Positions 22,831-36,300 of a stretch of 64,000 nt of DNA are shown piece by piece. The translations under genes were made by a program, and so were the position numbers. Below the pieces are notes generated by a model. The model searched no databases. It worked only from the letters and a program-made list of their open reading frames with translations, and was not told the DNA's origin. The stretch covers positions 108,502,001 through 108,566,000 of the forward strand of contig NC_045696.1 of assembly GCF_009834535.1 (NCBI RefSeq), in the 5' to 3' direction. This DNA is from Camelus ferus (lineage: Eukaryota). Numbering within the stretch: position 1 is the first letter of the stretch; every line of letters begins with the position of its first letter.

Positions 22831-23101
22831 AGAGGCACTGCGTGGACCTGCACCCAGGTGGCCAGCCCTCCTGGGTGGTGACAGGCACACAGGAAGGAGG
22901 GCTCTGCCTGTCTGACTCCACACACCGGGCTCAGAGTGGAGATGCGCTGGCCAAGAAACCCGACCGGGGCTTTGCTCTGATCCCCAGGGTACGAGCTGGC
23001 TCGGGATCTGAAATCCCATGCCAATCCCACTCGTGCTAATAATACACTGGACTTACTCATAATAATTACACTGAATCTTTTTCAAAAGGGCATTTCAGTC
23101 A

Positions 23102-23211
23102 GGGCCTGATGTCCCTAACTGAGCATCCGATGACAAAGTGATCTGGAGAGAGGTGTGGGCCTGATGTCCCTAACTGAGCATCCGATGACAAAGTGATCTG
23201 GAGAGAGGTGT
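23102..23211. repeat. Perfect 55-bp tandem duplication (2 copies)
   Basis: gggcctgatgtccctaactgagcatccgatgacaaagtgatctggagagaggtgt at 23102-23156 and again, identical, at 23157-23211. Confidence 0.95.
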
Positions 23212-25155
23212 CGTTGGAAAGGGGAGGCCAAGCTGCCTGAGGAAGCACGGTGTGAGCGCGGCAGGGCGTGGGGGGCGGCATTTGAATCATTCCTCCCTCA
23301 GCTTAATTAACACTGCAGGAGAATGTCCAGGGGACCCGACTTGGTTTTATTCTGGCTGCAATTTAAGGGGCTCCCCCTCCTTTTCTCTACTATCTTCATT
23401 CCCCTGCACTTTCCTGTCCACCCAAGAAAGCGCCTGTTACCCCTGCTCAGAGATGGAAATAAGAGGGAGAAATCATAATTTGAAAACGGCCTCGGGAGGG
23501 AAGCCACAGAATGGGCGGGGAAGAGAAGTGTGATTTAAATGTAAAAGCCACCAAGAGTGGTGGGGAGAAGTGAAACTGGGCCTGGGGTCGAGGGACAGAA
23601 AGCCAGCAAGCCTTTCTCATCCGGAAAGACCACGATTCTAGCCCTGGCCCAAGCCAGCGGGGATCTGAGGGATGCATCTGTTCAGTAGAAACTTCTGAAT
23701 GTGGAGTTGCCAAGTGCAGACAGAGGGGGCGCTTTCCTGAAAGCTTGCAAGATTATCTTTGAGATCATTTTCTGCTTTCTTTGCATCTTTTAAATATTAA
23801 GGGCATTATAGGAAAAGAAAAAACAAAAGTCTAAAACAGACTGCTCTAGCAGCGGGACTCACTTCTGAGCAGTAACAAAAGGAAAAGCCTGGCCCTTGCC
23901 CTGCAGCGGTTGGGAAGGTTTATGTCTGCAGGTGTCTGTCTCCACGTGGCCCTGGGTGCGTGTGTCTCTGTGTTTTGTGTATCTATGTGTGTGTCCTGCA
24001 CTAGACCTGTGTGTGCCCGCTATGTGCATGATGCTGGTGGAAAGACGCTCACAGACTTTAGGGAAAGTTCGCAGAGTCCGCCTAACCATTTTGTCACACA
24101 CGAGCATTGCTGGCTCCTAGTGGTACAGAAAGTCTGGGCAGCCTGGACAGGAAGACAGTGGTGTTCCCAGTTCTGCCCTGGGTCCCTGCTGGTTCAGGGA
24201 ACAGTGATCCAAGTCTGCCCCTCCTCCCAGGTGTGTCGAAGCCAAGGAAAGTCTCAGACCATGGCATCCCTTTCTCCTGTGCAGGCCAGGCTCAGGACTT
24301 GGCCTGGGGAAGGGGGAGCGCCCCTAAGGTCGAGGCTCTGACCCCTCTGATCTTCTTTCTGTGGATGCCCTCTTTGAAAGTCTCTGAAGGAAGGTCCTGG
24401 AGGAAAAAGGCTCTCCATCCCAGGTATGGGTGAGCCCCTCAGATACCCCGAACTACCTTCTTTCTTAAGTCCTTATTTTCTTATAGGAGATGGAGGCTAA
24501 GCAAACGAAATGCAAGAAACCCTCTCTGAGCTGAACTCCAGTTTACTGAGCAGCCAGTTCACTGATAACCATGTCAGTGAAAATGACTGAGGTGTTAATT
24601 TGCATTTGTTTGATGCTACGACATAGAAGAATCATAAGACTGAGGGTGATGGTCGATCTTTCCCCAACTCCTTAATACCAACCCCCATCTCCAATGTTGA
24701 TTTAATCAGCTTTTTTTTTTTTTCCCCTCAAAGAGCTGATGGATGGGGAGGTGTTCAGATTCTGGGAAATGGGTTATTAAGAGGACCAAAGTGGCAGGAC
24801 CAGATAGAGGTTCCCAAGACCTGGAGGCAGACGCTGGTCTGGGGCTCTGTGGTCTGGACACCTACTGGAACTGTGCCCTCCCTGCCTCCTCAGGCAGAGG
24901 GGAGGCTGGCCCAGAGGCATAGGGCCCCCAGGCCCTGCAAAGACGCGGGGCCCAAGTGTGGCCCCAGGACCTGCGTACTCTCCTGGGCTTGGGGAGAGAG
25001 GAGGAATTCTAGGATGACTGAACACACATTTTCTCCTCTAGTCTGACAGCATGGGGACTCAGTGTCAGATTTACTTCGATTTTTGAAAAATAACTGACAT
25101 TTCTCGCAACACAGGTTTATGAGTAAATTTATGCTCCCTCAAATAGTTTCAATGC

Positions 25156-25345
25156 AGTCATTCTTCAAGTTCAAGGGCGGTCCAGGACCGGTGACATCAG
25201 AATTACCTCGGTTTCTGTGTGAAATGCACGTTCCTGGACCACCTCAGACCTACCGATCAGAAATTCTGGGGTGGGGGGACCCACAAAGCTGAGCTTTCCT
25301 AACACTCCAGGGGTTCTGGGGCCCAGGAATGTGCGAGAACTGTGG
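25156..25345. mobile_element. MER5A-type hAT element
   Basis: catcagaattacctcgg...tgaaatgcacgttcctggaccacctcagacctaccgatcagaaattctggggtggggggacc. Confidence 0.7.
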
Positions 25346-27266
25346 GTTTCAACTGACACGGTCATCACAGTTGCCTTTTCCCCTCTTCTCTCCTGAGAAG
25401 TTCTTCAAAAATTCTTCCATGTGAGCCTGTCAGTTTTCCTTTGTGAACAACAGCTTTTCCTGGGCTCCTGGAAGCTCTCGGCTTTCTGTTTTCTTTTTTA
25501 GGGCGACTAGGAAGAGAGCAAGTCACGATCTTTTCTACCAGTTAGCTCTGAGTATGTATACTGGGTGGCTCTTGCCACGAGGATGTGGATTCTGAGGCCG
25601 GGGACGCACCCGTGGCGGCGGCAATCACAACAGCCACGGGCGCTGAGACCTGGGCGGGACTTGATCAGGGATTGTTTCCGGTTTATCACAGCGGGTCTTA
25701 GGAATCGCACAATTCTTACAAATCCCACCTTATGGGTGAGGAGACCGAAGGCCAAGTTTATAGAGCATGTTTGGAATCCAAGTCCTGCGTTCTCCCCTCC
25801 AAGGTCAAAGAACTATTTTGCCACACCAGAGCGGGACAGAGTTCTGGAGAGGATCTTTTTGCCACCTTCTCAGCCCACATTGCTGAAGACACGGGCAGCA
25901 TCATCTCATGGAGTAAAGGTCACATTTTTTGTGTGAAAGGAAAGGCCCTGCAGACTTCAGCAGGGAATCGATCGTGGCTAGAATGGATGCTCACTCCTGG
26001 AGGCTGCAGCTGAGCCGATAATTCATGGAATTATGGGGGAAGATGAGACGAGGGCCTTGCCTCCATGGTGACGGGGTGACTGAAATTCATCACAGGGGAA
26101 CGAGGGCCTCTGCCGAGCACGTAGCGGAGCAGGTCTGATTTCCCCAGCAGGTTCAGAAAGAGCCACAGGGCCAGGTGCCCACAGAGCTCGCCCTGGGGGA
26201 CAGGCTGCCCCTTGTTCCCTGGGGGGGATGGACCCTCTCCGTGTCCAGTGCCCCAGAGCAGCTCAGGAAACGAATCTGATGCAGAAGGGGCCGATTCTGG
26301 AGGAAGGGGAACAGCTAAGCTGCTCCGGAGCTGGTCCAGGCAGTCATCGTGGGAAATGAGGGTGGTAACTGGCCGCCCAGCATGTCAGGAGGAGCTGGGA
26401 AGGACAGAGACTGAGGACCGACCAGGAGTAGCTGGCAACTCGCCTGAGAAGATGGCTTCTGCCTCCTGCCAGGAGGGGCAGATGCCCAAGAAGCAGCTCT
26501 GTTGGAGGCTCACGGAGGGGGAAAGAGCAGGGCAGTGAGTGTCTGCAGACAAGCAGAAGAGAGAAAGCAGGGAGAAGGGAGGGGCTGCAGGCTTGGGAGG
26601 AAGTGAGCCTCAGAGGGGGCAGGAAAAAAAAAACAAGAAAATCACCGGGTGTGGGAGGAGCCCAGACAGGGGCTGAGACCAGAGGACTGAGCAGCAGGAG
26701 GAGCAAAGGGGAAGGGGCTGGGGGAAGGGGCTGGGGGACATATGAGGCGCCTAGAAGACCGAGTTCACATCCTGATAAAACAGGGAGGCCTGCAGGGAGC
26801 AGGGCTGCGGGAAGCTCGGGCCAGGCCGGAGACTTCTTAGATAGGCAGCCTGGGGCTCTGAAGGATGGGAGAGTTGACACTACTTTAGCAGAAGGAACCT
26901 GGCTGAATACTAAGAAGGGAGGATTTTGCTCACAAAGGGACTGGATGGGGCCTCTCCCTACTGATCAGAAAAGAAAGCAAGGCATGCTGAAGCAGGTCTT
27001 TGACTTAGCCAGCAGAAAGCTGCTTTTCAGAGAGGGTTTGCGGGTTCCTCCTGGGGCTCCATCCACCAATGTGAGCTGTGAAAGGGTGAAGGTCAGGCTT
27101 GTGAATGCATACATGAACCCCAGATGCAAAGAGTGAACCAGAGGTATGGCACTTTCCCTGATATAGGTGCCTTTTTCCCTCTTGGTAACAGGAGACAGGA
27201 CTGGTAATAACCAGAATGCGACCTGTGAAGTCAAACACTGTGAACTGGTCCGTAACATAAGCACAG

Positions 27267-27680
27267 CGTCATGGACTGAATGTGTGCGTCCTCTCAAAAT
27301 TCATGTATTAAAGTGCTAACCCCCAATGTGATGGTATCTGGAGGAAGGGCATTTGGGAGGTAACTGGGTTTAGAGGAGGTCATGAGGGTGGGGCCCCCAT
27401 AATGGGATTAGCGTCCTTACAGGAAGAAGAAGAGAGACCAGAGCTTGATTGTTCTCTGTCTCTGTCTCCACCTCTTTCTCTGTCTGCCATGTAAACACAC
27501 AGCAAGAAGGCAGCCCTCTGCAAGCCAGTAAGAGGGCCTTCACCAGGAACCAAATTGGCCAGCACCTTGATCTCGGACTTCCCAGCCTCCAGTTTTGTAG
27601 AACTGTGAGAAATCAATGTCTGATGTTTAAGCCACCTAGTCCATGATATTTTATTATAGCTGCCTGCACAAACTAAGACA
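27267..27680 (+). mobile_element. MaLR solo LTR (MLT1A-like)
   Basis: atggactgaatgtgtgcgtcctctcaaaattcatg...gccagcaccttgatctcggacttcccagcctcc...aactaagaca. Confidence 0.85.
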
Positions 27681-28189
27681 CATGGGAATGTTCTGTTGAA
27701 CACTCACAACAGTATTCAGAAATATACCTGCTAAAAAAAGGGAGCTGTGTAAACTGTACAGGTGTTAGAGCCCAGCCCCGCTCATTGACCTGTCCCTCTG
27801 GAATGTCAGGAGCAGTTGAGTGGGTTTCTCCCGATCATAAGAAAGCACAAAGAAGCAAAATCTACCTGTTCATTATTCCAGGAGCTAGATGGGAAGGAAA
27901 TGCTCCTGGGGCTAGAAATAGCAATCTAACACAGAGAAGGAAAACCTGGGGGAAAGCACGGCGGAGAATCAAGACAGAATAAGAGATGAAGGCTGAGGGC
28001 TTGGTAGGAAAAACTAGAAAACTTTAATAGCTATTCATGAGGTCTTCACTTATAAAGTAAAACGAGATGTATTAGAAGATGATGGTGTTTAAAAGACCTT
28101 GAAAGAACCGCATGAAATAGGGGACTGAAGACAGAACAGATCAGTCTTAAGGGCTGTTTTATGGAACTGCTGCTTAAGGGTAATAAGCT

Positions 28190-29860
28190 GAAGGCTCCAC
28201 TTTTGGGGTGGAGGAATATGCTTCTAACAGATGGACTTTCCTGCAAATAACAACAAAATACAAGAGAAGAGAAAAGGAACGAAAAGAAAGGAAAAAAACG
28301 ACCTGAAGGTTCCAGAAACTGAGCAGCACGAGGTGAGTTTTACCTTTTGCAGTTTTACCCTGGGGGCAGCTGTCACTGCAGTCCACTCAGTGGCAAAAAT
28401 TCTTAATTGAAAAATCCACCATCTTTCTGGCTGGAGTAACCAAGGGAAGGAGTCCTGAGTAATTAGGGCTCTTGGAGAGTTGGGGGAAATCACATCCCTG
28501 GAGAGCCAGGGAAAGAGAATCCCAAAATCTGAGTGTGAACTTTTCCTAAGCTTCTGGCAAGTATAAGATAGACTGAAAACCACAGAAAGGGAAATCTGCA
28601 CTGTTGCCCAGTGCAGACATGACAGGTTGAGTGTAACATGATAATTTCCTGCTAAATCAAAAACATCAACACTCTTTGGATCAATGTAACAGAATTTGGA
28701 GTCTCTACATCACATTCACAACATATGTAATCCAAAACTACTAGACCTACAAAAAGCCAGAGAAATGTGACCCACTTTTATGGGAAAAAAAGATGCCAAC
28801 CTGAGGATGACCCAGACTTATAATAGCAATTATTATGGCTGTGTTCAATGACATAAAGGAAAATATGCTTATGATGAATAAAAAGATAAGACAACTCAGC
28901 TGAGAATTAGAAAGTATTAAAAGAAGATTACAAAAAAAATAGAGCTAAAATATACAAGATCAGAAAAAAGTCTCTTGAAGGCCTTTTTTTTTTTAGCAGA
29001 ATGGAGATGGCAAATGAAAAGAATCAATGAATTTAAACATAGATCTGAGGGAAAGAGAAAAAATGGGGAAAATAATGAACAAAGCCTCAGGAACCTGTGG
29101 GACAATTTCTCAAGATCTACACAAAGGTAATGGTAGGAGGGAGGAGGGAAAAAGGGACAGGAAATAATATTTGAAGAAGTGTAGCTGAAAAATCCCCGCA
29201 AAATAGTGAAAGACATAGATTTACAGATTTAAGCAGCTTAGAGAATCTCAAACAAGACAAACTGGGGGAAAAAAAGCACAGTCAGGCACATCATAGTCAA
29301 GCTAAAAACCAAAGATAATGAGGAAATCTTGAAAGTGACCAGAGAAAAATCACTATATCTTTATATCTATGTCTGTATCTATCTCAGAACAATGATTCAA
29401 ATAACTGTGGGACTCCTCATCAGAAACCATGGAAACCAGAAGACAATGAAACAACATCTCTAAAATGCTGAAAGAAAAAAAAATGTACAAACCTGGACTT
29501 GTATGTCCAACAAAAATATCTTTCATGAATGAATGCAAAATATAGACATTTCTCTAATAAAGGAAAACTTAGAGAATATATTGTCTGAAGACCTGCATGA
29601 CAAGAGATACTAAAGGAAGTTATTCAGACTGAAGGAATCCTTGGATCTTAAAGAATGAAGGAAGAGCAGGAGAAACAGTAACTATTTCGAGTAAGTATAT
29701 AACATTTTCCTCTTACTATCTTTATACATATATATAATGCAAACCTGTATATATAAAACATTATATATGTGTATGGGGTTTATATATTTACATTCTAGAG
29801 TAACCATAAAAAATGTAAAGAAGTAGAGCTGAAAAAAATCAATAGACAAATGAAAGTTAA
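28190..29860 (+). mobile_element. Old L1 5'UTR/ORF1 region, decayed
   Basis: ORF1-like translation near 29415-29550 (SSETMETRRQ*NNISKMLKEKK...PTKISFMNECKI*TF); A-rich. Confidence 0.75.
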
Positions 29861-30099
29861 TAGCCTGCCCACCTCTGTCTGGAGATGGGTTGTGGGGGGT
29901 GCAACATGGCCTGGCCTCCGTGTGCGTCACCTGAAGGCCAGCAGAACCAGTTGACAAAGATGACAGCTGACTTGGACTCTAAAGACAACCCTTTGCTGGG
30001 TCTTTGGGAGGAAAGGGGGAAAAAAGACAGAAATAGGCTTTCTGGGACATCACAAATGACCCAAGTTGGGGAGGGAGTCAGGCACACTGTCGGGCCAGG

Positions 30100-30245
30100 A
30101 GGGAGCCCAGATGTCCTGGGTGCTGGACTCGGAGTGCAGACACCTGGATTGAAGGGCCAAAGCTGCGCCCACAAGCTATGTGACAGACTGACTCATTTGA
30201 CCTCTCTGGGCCTCGGATCCCTGCTCTGCAAAATGGAGGGGTAGG
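30100..30245 (+). mobile_element. MIR SINE
   Basis: agctatgtgacagactgactcatttgacctctctgggcctcggatccctgctctgcaaaatggaggg. Confidence 0.7.
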
Positions 30246-30399
30246 AGTTACAACAAATTCTCAGTAATTGCCTCTCTGGAAGGAAGGGACAGCTGGGCAT
30301 CCACGCCTCCTACTTTATATACATCTGTATTGCTCAACGTTGGGTTTCTTCATGCTCAGAATGAAGTCCTTTGCCCACTCTATCCTCTCCCAAGTCAAG

Positions 30400-32945
30400 T
30401 ATATTTACCCCTTGCCCATGTAAAGACTCTGAAACATGTATCTTCATTTGGACTTCTCTATGCTCCAAACCTGTATATCCAGCTGCCTACTCAGGAGCTC
30501 TGCTTAGATATCCTACCAGCACATAAGCATCAAAATGTTCTAAGCAAGTGTCTTTCAAAATTTTGTATCAGAAACCACCTGGCAAATCTTGGATCAATGC
30601 AAAGGCCCAGACCCTATTCTACTTCAATGAGTCTGTGCCTCTGGGTTCCTTATTAGCTCTCCAGGTAAATGTGGTACCCACCAAAATTTGAGAAACACTG
30701 TTTTAAATGAAACCCACAATTTACTCTCAATCCTTCTATTCTTCTAATCAGTTCCTTTCCAGCATCCCCCTTCTCAGAGAATGGCACCATCATCCATCCA
30801 GAGGCACAGGCCAGGTACAGGTGTCATCCTTGAACCTCTCTCACCCTCACCCATAAGCATCACCTACTATCAATGTTTTCCATGTTTCTTCCTGATCCCT
30901 CTGAGCTTCATGCACCCCCATTGCCCCACGGCTTCCTGACACATCTTACTTCTACTATTGCTTCTCCCATCCGTTCTCCACATGTCAGCCAGGGTAAATT
31001 TTTTTTTAAATATTTTATTTTGAGACAGTTTCAACCTCTAGAAAAGTTTCAAGAATACTACAAACAATGCCTACCCACTCCTCACCCAGACACTCCATTC
31101 CAACTTTTAACAATCATCATAGAAATGCCTCTTTAGGAGTCACGTGTATTACCCAGTATTTATGCCTTTCTAATGCCCTTCAATCTGGAGCAATTGCCAG
31201 TCTCCTTAACATTCATGACCTTGAAATGCTAAGATCATAAGTTAGGCATTTAACAGAATGTATCTCAATTTTAGTTGTTCTGATGTTTCTTCATGATAAG
31301 ACCTAAGTTACACATTTTGAGCAGAGTATCTCAAATACCGTGTTCTTTCACCGCATCCTCTCAAGGGGCACATGATGTCTGCTTATCTTGTCATTGGTGG
31401 TGTGAAGGCTAATCATTTGATTCAGATGGCATTTCCAGACATCTCTGTAAGGTTACTGTCTCCCTTTTGTAATAAATATTTTGGGGGGAGATATTTTGAG
31501 GCTATGTAAAATCTTGTTTCTCTCCTCAGTTTCACCCCAAGCATTAGCGTCCATTGATGTTTCTTAACTATTAATCTGATGGTCGCCAAATAGTGATTTT
31601 CTAATAATGTCATTCTTTACACTATTTGGGGAAATCTTTATCTTTTCTTTATTTCTTTAATTCATTTATATTCATATCAGTGTGGACTCCTTCATTCCTA
31701 TCTTATTCAATAGGTTATAATCTGTTAAAATCACTGTATATTTTTTGCATACTTTCTAGCACAAAAATATGTACTGATCGTCTCATCCTTCCCTTCCCCA
31801 GTGACCCAGGAAGGGGTCATTTCTCTAATGAGCTCTGATTGCTTTTAGTATAGAAGAGAATATAGAATCCGAGATCTGAGTGCCCGGTGACCTCTTTGCT
31901 ACACAGGTGCCATTGCGTTGAGGCACTCTCCCCTCATATTTATTTCTCTATCTCTTTATATATTGAAAACCACAAGTTCACACTGATACCTCCAATTCCA
32001 ATTCAATATCACGTAATTCATTCTAGCTTTCATGCTTTCCATATTTGAACCTTCTTTTCCAAAAGCTCCCATTATCCCAATATGTTTCTCAATATCCCTG
32101 TATATAGCTAATCTCCCAAACTGGCTGGGTTTCCAGCCGCCTCACACGTTGGTCTCGATCCCTCCTAGGGCTTGCCTCCCTAACTCAGGACATCTACTTT
32201 GACTGGGCCTGCCAGATGGCTTTTTGGTGAAAGAAAAAAGGATGAAAGCCAAGAAAGTCTTTTTGTTTTGTTTGTAGAGAAAGAAGGGAAGAGATTAGAA
32301 AGGAAAAGACAGAGAAAAACCAGGCTATTTTTCTAAAGTGCAAATCCATCACCTTTGGGTGATGCGTGTCCATCTCTGCACACACATACACACAGAGCCC
32401 TTGAATGACCCCCATTGCTCTAAGGCTGTAAATTCCATCACAAGGGTCTGGAAGGCTCTGCATGATGTAACTGCTGCTGACTTCCTTGCTCACTTTCCCC
32501 TTCTCTCTCCAAATACCAAGCACTGGGGTCTTCTCTCAGCAGCTCTAAAATTTCATCTTCCCTCTTGCCACAGGGCCTTTGTATGTGCTGCTTATGTTTC
32601 TCAGTGCTATAATCTGCCCCATTCATTTGGATGGCTTTTCTTCAAATCTCTGCTGGAGCACTATCTCCTCCTCTGGACATCCTCCTTAATTTCCCTAGAC
32701 AGAGTCAGACTATTTTCTCACTTACTGTTTTCTTCATGCTGTCATAGAACATAAGGGCTTTTATCTCAACTGGCAATTATGCCCTTATTTTTGTCTGTGT
32801 CTGATTAACCTTCCGTTTCCTCATTCAATTGCGAGTGATGTAAGAACAATAATGCTGTCTTTTTTCAATCCTCATTGTGCCTCTAGCTTGTGGTCCAGGA
32901 TTGGCACATAGTAGATGATCAATAAATATTTTTCATGTGAATAAA
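30400..32945 (+). mobile_element. Fragmented L2, interrupted by a MER5-like element (~30545-30700) and an L1MC fragment
   Basis: L2 hallmarks: atatccagctgcctactc, aatggcaccatcatccatccag, and the 3' end ggcacatagtagatgatcaataaatattttt...gtgaat. Confidence 0.6.
31005..32110 (-). mobile_element. L1MC4/5-like 3' fragment, same orientation as EPHB1
   Basis: T-rich start ttttaaatattttattttgagacagtttcaacctctagaaaagtttcaagaata is a reversed L1MC 3' end. Confidence 0.65.
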
Positions 32946-32999
32946 CTCTGTTTTTAGAAATGTACATTGTTTATTCAACAAACATGATCATTTTCTCTT

Positions 33000-35400
33000 T
33001 TGAATAAAAGGCAAAGCATGAAGACTAATATGATAAAATGTGGAAGATCTCAAAAGCTCTTACATTGAGGAGTTTATAAGCTTTATCATTCAGAAGAAGC
33101 ACGTAGAAAACCACAACAAAAGATCTAAATATTGCGTGCAGGAAAATAATGTGGGGAAACTTTCATCTAAGAAACCTCCAATATAAAGCATATACATACT
33201 GTATATTTGGTTCATATTATTATTTAGGTGACTCAGGATCATTAAAATGTTGGTCTTTCCAAATGCAGAATAAAGTTGAAGTTCCATTCAAAATCTGTAA
33301 GTGAATGTATATGTGTGTGCGCGTGTTTTGGAACTGGACAAAGTGATCTTAAATCGCACTTGAAAGAAAAGATACTTGAAAAGAGCCAAGAAATTTTAAA
33401 AAAAGAAGAAGAAGAAGGAATAACTTTACCTAAACAGTAAAACTCTTGCTAAAATTATTATAATTAGAACAATATAGATAGTAAAACTTTTGATAAGCTT
33501 GTTATAATCAGAACACTATGGCTAGGCATAAGAAGAAATAAATCAATGGAGCAGAATTGAGACTCAAAGCATAGTTGATATAAGGAACTTAATATATGAC
33601 AAGGATGACATGTGATTCAATAAAACATGGAAACTATCATTAATAAATGATGGCACAATTATTCACCTGTATGAAAACAGGGTAAGAATATACACGCCCT
33701 GACACATGTTCAGAGACATATTTGAGACTAGCCCTGGTGTCTATCAACAAGAGAATGGAGAAGGAAGCAATGGAATGCTACAGTAAATAAGAACAAACTC
33801 CTTCCCCACACAACACTATGACTGAATCTCACACACAGACTGCTAAGGGGAAGCAGGCAGACACGAAGAGCGTCCTGATTCTACTTATGTGAAGTTCTGG
33901 AACAGGCAAAACAAACCCATGGTTGAAAAAAAAAAATCACAACAGTGGGTGCCTTTGGGTGTGGGGCAGGGGAGGGACATGAGAGAACTTCCTGGTCTGA
34001 TGATGATGTTCTGGACCTTGATAGGATTTGGGGTTGCATAGGTAGATGCATTTATTAAAACTCTGTAAATGTACACTTACGATTTGTGCACTTTTTTGGG
34101 GGGGGGGTTGATACACAAAGTTTATTCTAGGAAGAGCAACTCAATGAGAGATAAAACCGTTTTAAAATTGACATATATGTACTGTTCATTGTTTCTAAGA
34201 ACAGTTTAGAGCTTTAGCTTTTTAAACTTAACATACTTATAAGAGGAATAAAGCCAACCACAAGATAAGAATCAACAGAATGCAGTAATCCAATCAGAAA
34301 GGACAGTCAAATGAAGATTTGTGCACTTCTTGATAGGCACGTTTTACCTTAAACAAGGAAAGAACTATAAACAAATATTTAGCTCTCATTAAAGACATGT
34401 ATGCTGAAGCGCTCAGGGGTGATATGTGCTAATATCTGCAACTTGTCTGGAAATGCATCCACAAAACAGGATGGAGTGATGAATGGACAGAGGGATGGAT
34501 TAAATGGATATTGACATGAAAAAGCAAACATAGCAAGGTATTGATTCTAGAATCTATGTGGTCTTTTGCAAAATGCTATTGAGCTCTCTGTATGCTTGAA
34601 AGTTTTCAAAATAAAAACTTAGGAAAAATAAATAAATTTCAGGTGTACTAATTGTTCAGATATAGAACAAAAACCCTTCCCAAAACAGCACAGGAAACTT
34701 TGAAAAGCACTTTGTAACCTTGGCGTGAAAAGAACTTTAGAATAAACCAGAAAATTCAATAAGTAGGGGAGAAGATAGATATTTTTGACTAAATGAATAT
34801 TAACCACTTTTGCAACCCAAAGGCTATCATAAACAATATCAAAAGGACAATTGTATTCCTTTGAATCCAAAAAAAATTGTATTTTTTGTATCAAAAAAAG
34901 GTGGAGGAACAATTGCATCAGATAAGGCAGGCAAAGGGTTAACATCTCTAATATAAAAAGAATTCCTGTCAATTTCTAAGAAACCAGAAAATAATAACCC
35001 AATATAAAAAATAGGTAAAGACATGTACAGATAATTAACCAAGGAGGAAACATGAATCCCAGAAACTGTGTAAAAAGACGGTAATATCTCTAGCAGTCAG
35101 TTGAAAATACAAATTAAAACAAAATGAGGTCTCATTATTCATTTTTGGATTAGCAAATTTTTAAATACTGATTACTCCCATTGCTGGTGAGCTGTTGAAA
35201 GACAGGCACCACAGCTCCCTGGTGGAGTGAGAAGATTTACAAATTTTCAGAGCAGCAACCTGGAGGAAGGACGCCCAAGAGACACACAAGACAGCAAGTA
35301 ACAGGCGCAGTATGATCCTATTTTTGTGAAAGAAAACTTTTCCAGTATTCTGAACAAAGAGAAGAACCTGAAAGCTGACACATCTAACTGTTGAAACTGA
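33000..35400 (+). mobile_element. Old L1M ORF2/3'UTR fragments
   Basis: aaatcaatggagcagaattgagactca; gaagttctggaacaggcaaaacaaaccc; aatacaaattaaaacaaaatgaggtctcatt. Confidence 0.7.
34094..34315 (-). pseudogene. 5'-truncated retrocopy of an unidentified polyadenylated RNA 3' end (~220 bp)
   Basis: Perfect 13-bp TSD GATTTGTGCACTT at 34081-34093 and 34316-34328. Minus-strand AATAAA (tttatt, 34121-34126) lies just before a degraded tail (tttt-g10-tt). The insert interrupts a contiguous L1 3'UTR. Confidence 0.8.
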
Positions 35401-35410
35401 TGCTTTAGTG

Positions 35411-35625
35411 CAGGGGTCAGTAAACTACGGCTTGGGTACCAAATCTGGTGGGTGACCTGGTTTTTTACAGTGCACGGGCTAAGAATGGTGTTCATCCATT
35501 TTTTAAAGGGTTACATTTTAGCTGTTTCTATAATCATCTACATAATACCCTCCTTTGGCCTTTTAGGCAGCAAAGCCTAGAATTCTTAACTCTTTGGCCT
35601 TTTAGGGAATGTTTACCAACCCCTG
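35411..35625. mobile_element. MER58-family hAT-Charlie MITE
   Basis: 15-bp TIRs CAGGGGTCAGTAAAC / GTTTACCAACCCCTG (13/15 match); 8-bp TSD ctttagtg/cttcaggg (6/8). Confidence 0.85.
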
Positions 35626-35779
35626 CTTCAGGGCAATAGTAGTTTCTGAGTTATTCATTTCCTCTTCTGTGTATTGCTTTGATTTTTATAATAATCGTAT
35701 CATTTTTGTAAGCTGAAGGAATATAGGTGGGCAGGTAGGTAGGTAGGAAGGCCAGTCACTTTGGACACTGTTGGGAGTG

Positions 35780-36300
35780 GCCTTCAGAAGACAAAAGGAG
35801 ACCAGGGAGACTAGTCAGGAAGCCACAGTCAGTGCAGGTGAAAGAGAATGATGCTTTGGAATCAGGTAGGGACAGAGTTTATAGAAACCTACAGGAGTTG
35901 CTGAGGGATTGGACACGGATGGAGAGGCACAGAGAGAAATCAGGGCTGATTCCTAGGATTCAGTCATGAGTTGAATGGTGCAACCACTGAGCTGGAGAGA
36001 CTGGGGAGGGGGAACTGGAGAGTAAATCAGAGCTCTGTTTTGGGCCTGGGAAAGTTCTAAATCGAATGGTGTGAACCAGGCAGCTGGACACAGATGCTTA
36101 GAGCTGCTTGGGCTGTAGTCGGGGAGGCCGAGTGAGAAGTACAAATTTAAGAGTACTCGTGGTGCAGATGGTACTTAAAGTCGTCTGCAAGCAAGGGAGG
36201 AGGAGAAGAGAAAGGGACCAGAAGTCTACCTGTTGACCCAGTGCTCAGCCCCACCGGAGCCTGCTCCCGGCTGACGGAGGACTCTGATGCCACTGTCCAG
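35780..36300 (-). mobile_element. L2 fragment
   Basis: ggcagctggacacagatgcttagagctgcttggg...gagtactcgtggtgcagatggtacttaaagtc. Confidence 0.55.

Noticed and set aside
23102..23211. CRISPR-like or other prokaryotic repeat array
   Set aside because: Only two adjacent copies with no spacers, in clearly mammalian DNA. No prokaryotic system was seen anywhere in the window.
24590..24620. Octamer plus forkhead-like motif ttaatttgcatttgtttg
   Set aside because: Closely resembles the common antisense L1 string gttttaatttgcatttccctgatg, so it is probably repeat-derived.
26344..27136. Overlapping 178-aa and 177-aa ORFs on opposite strands
   Set aside because: Produced by purine-skewed low-complexity sequence; no domain signal.
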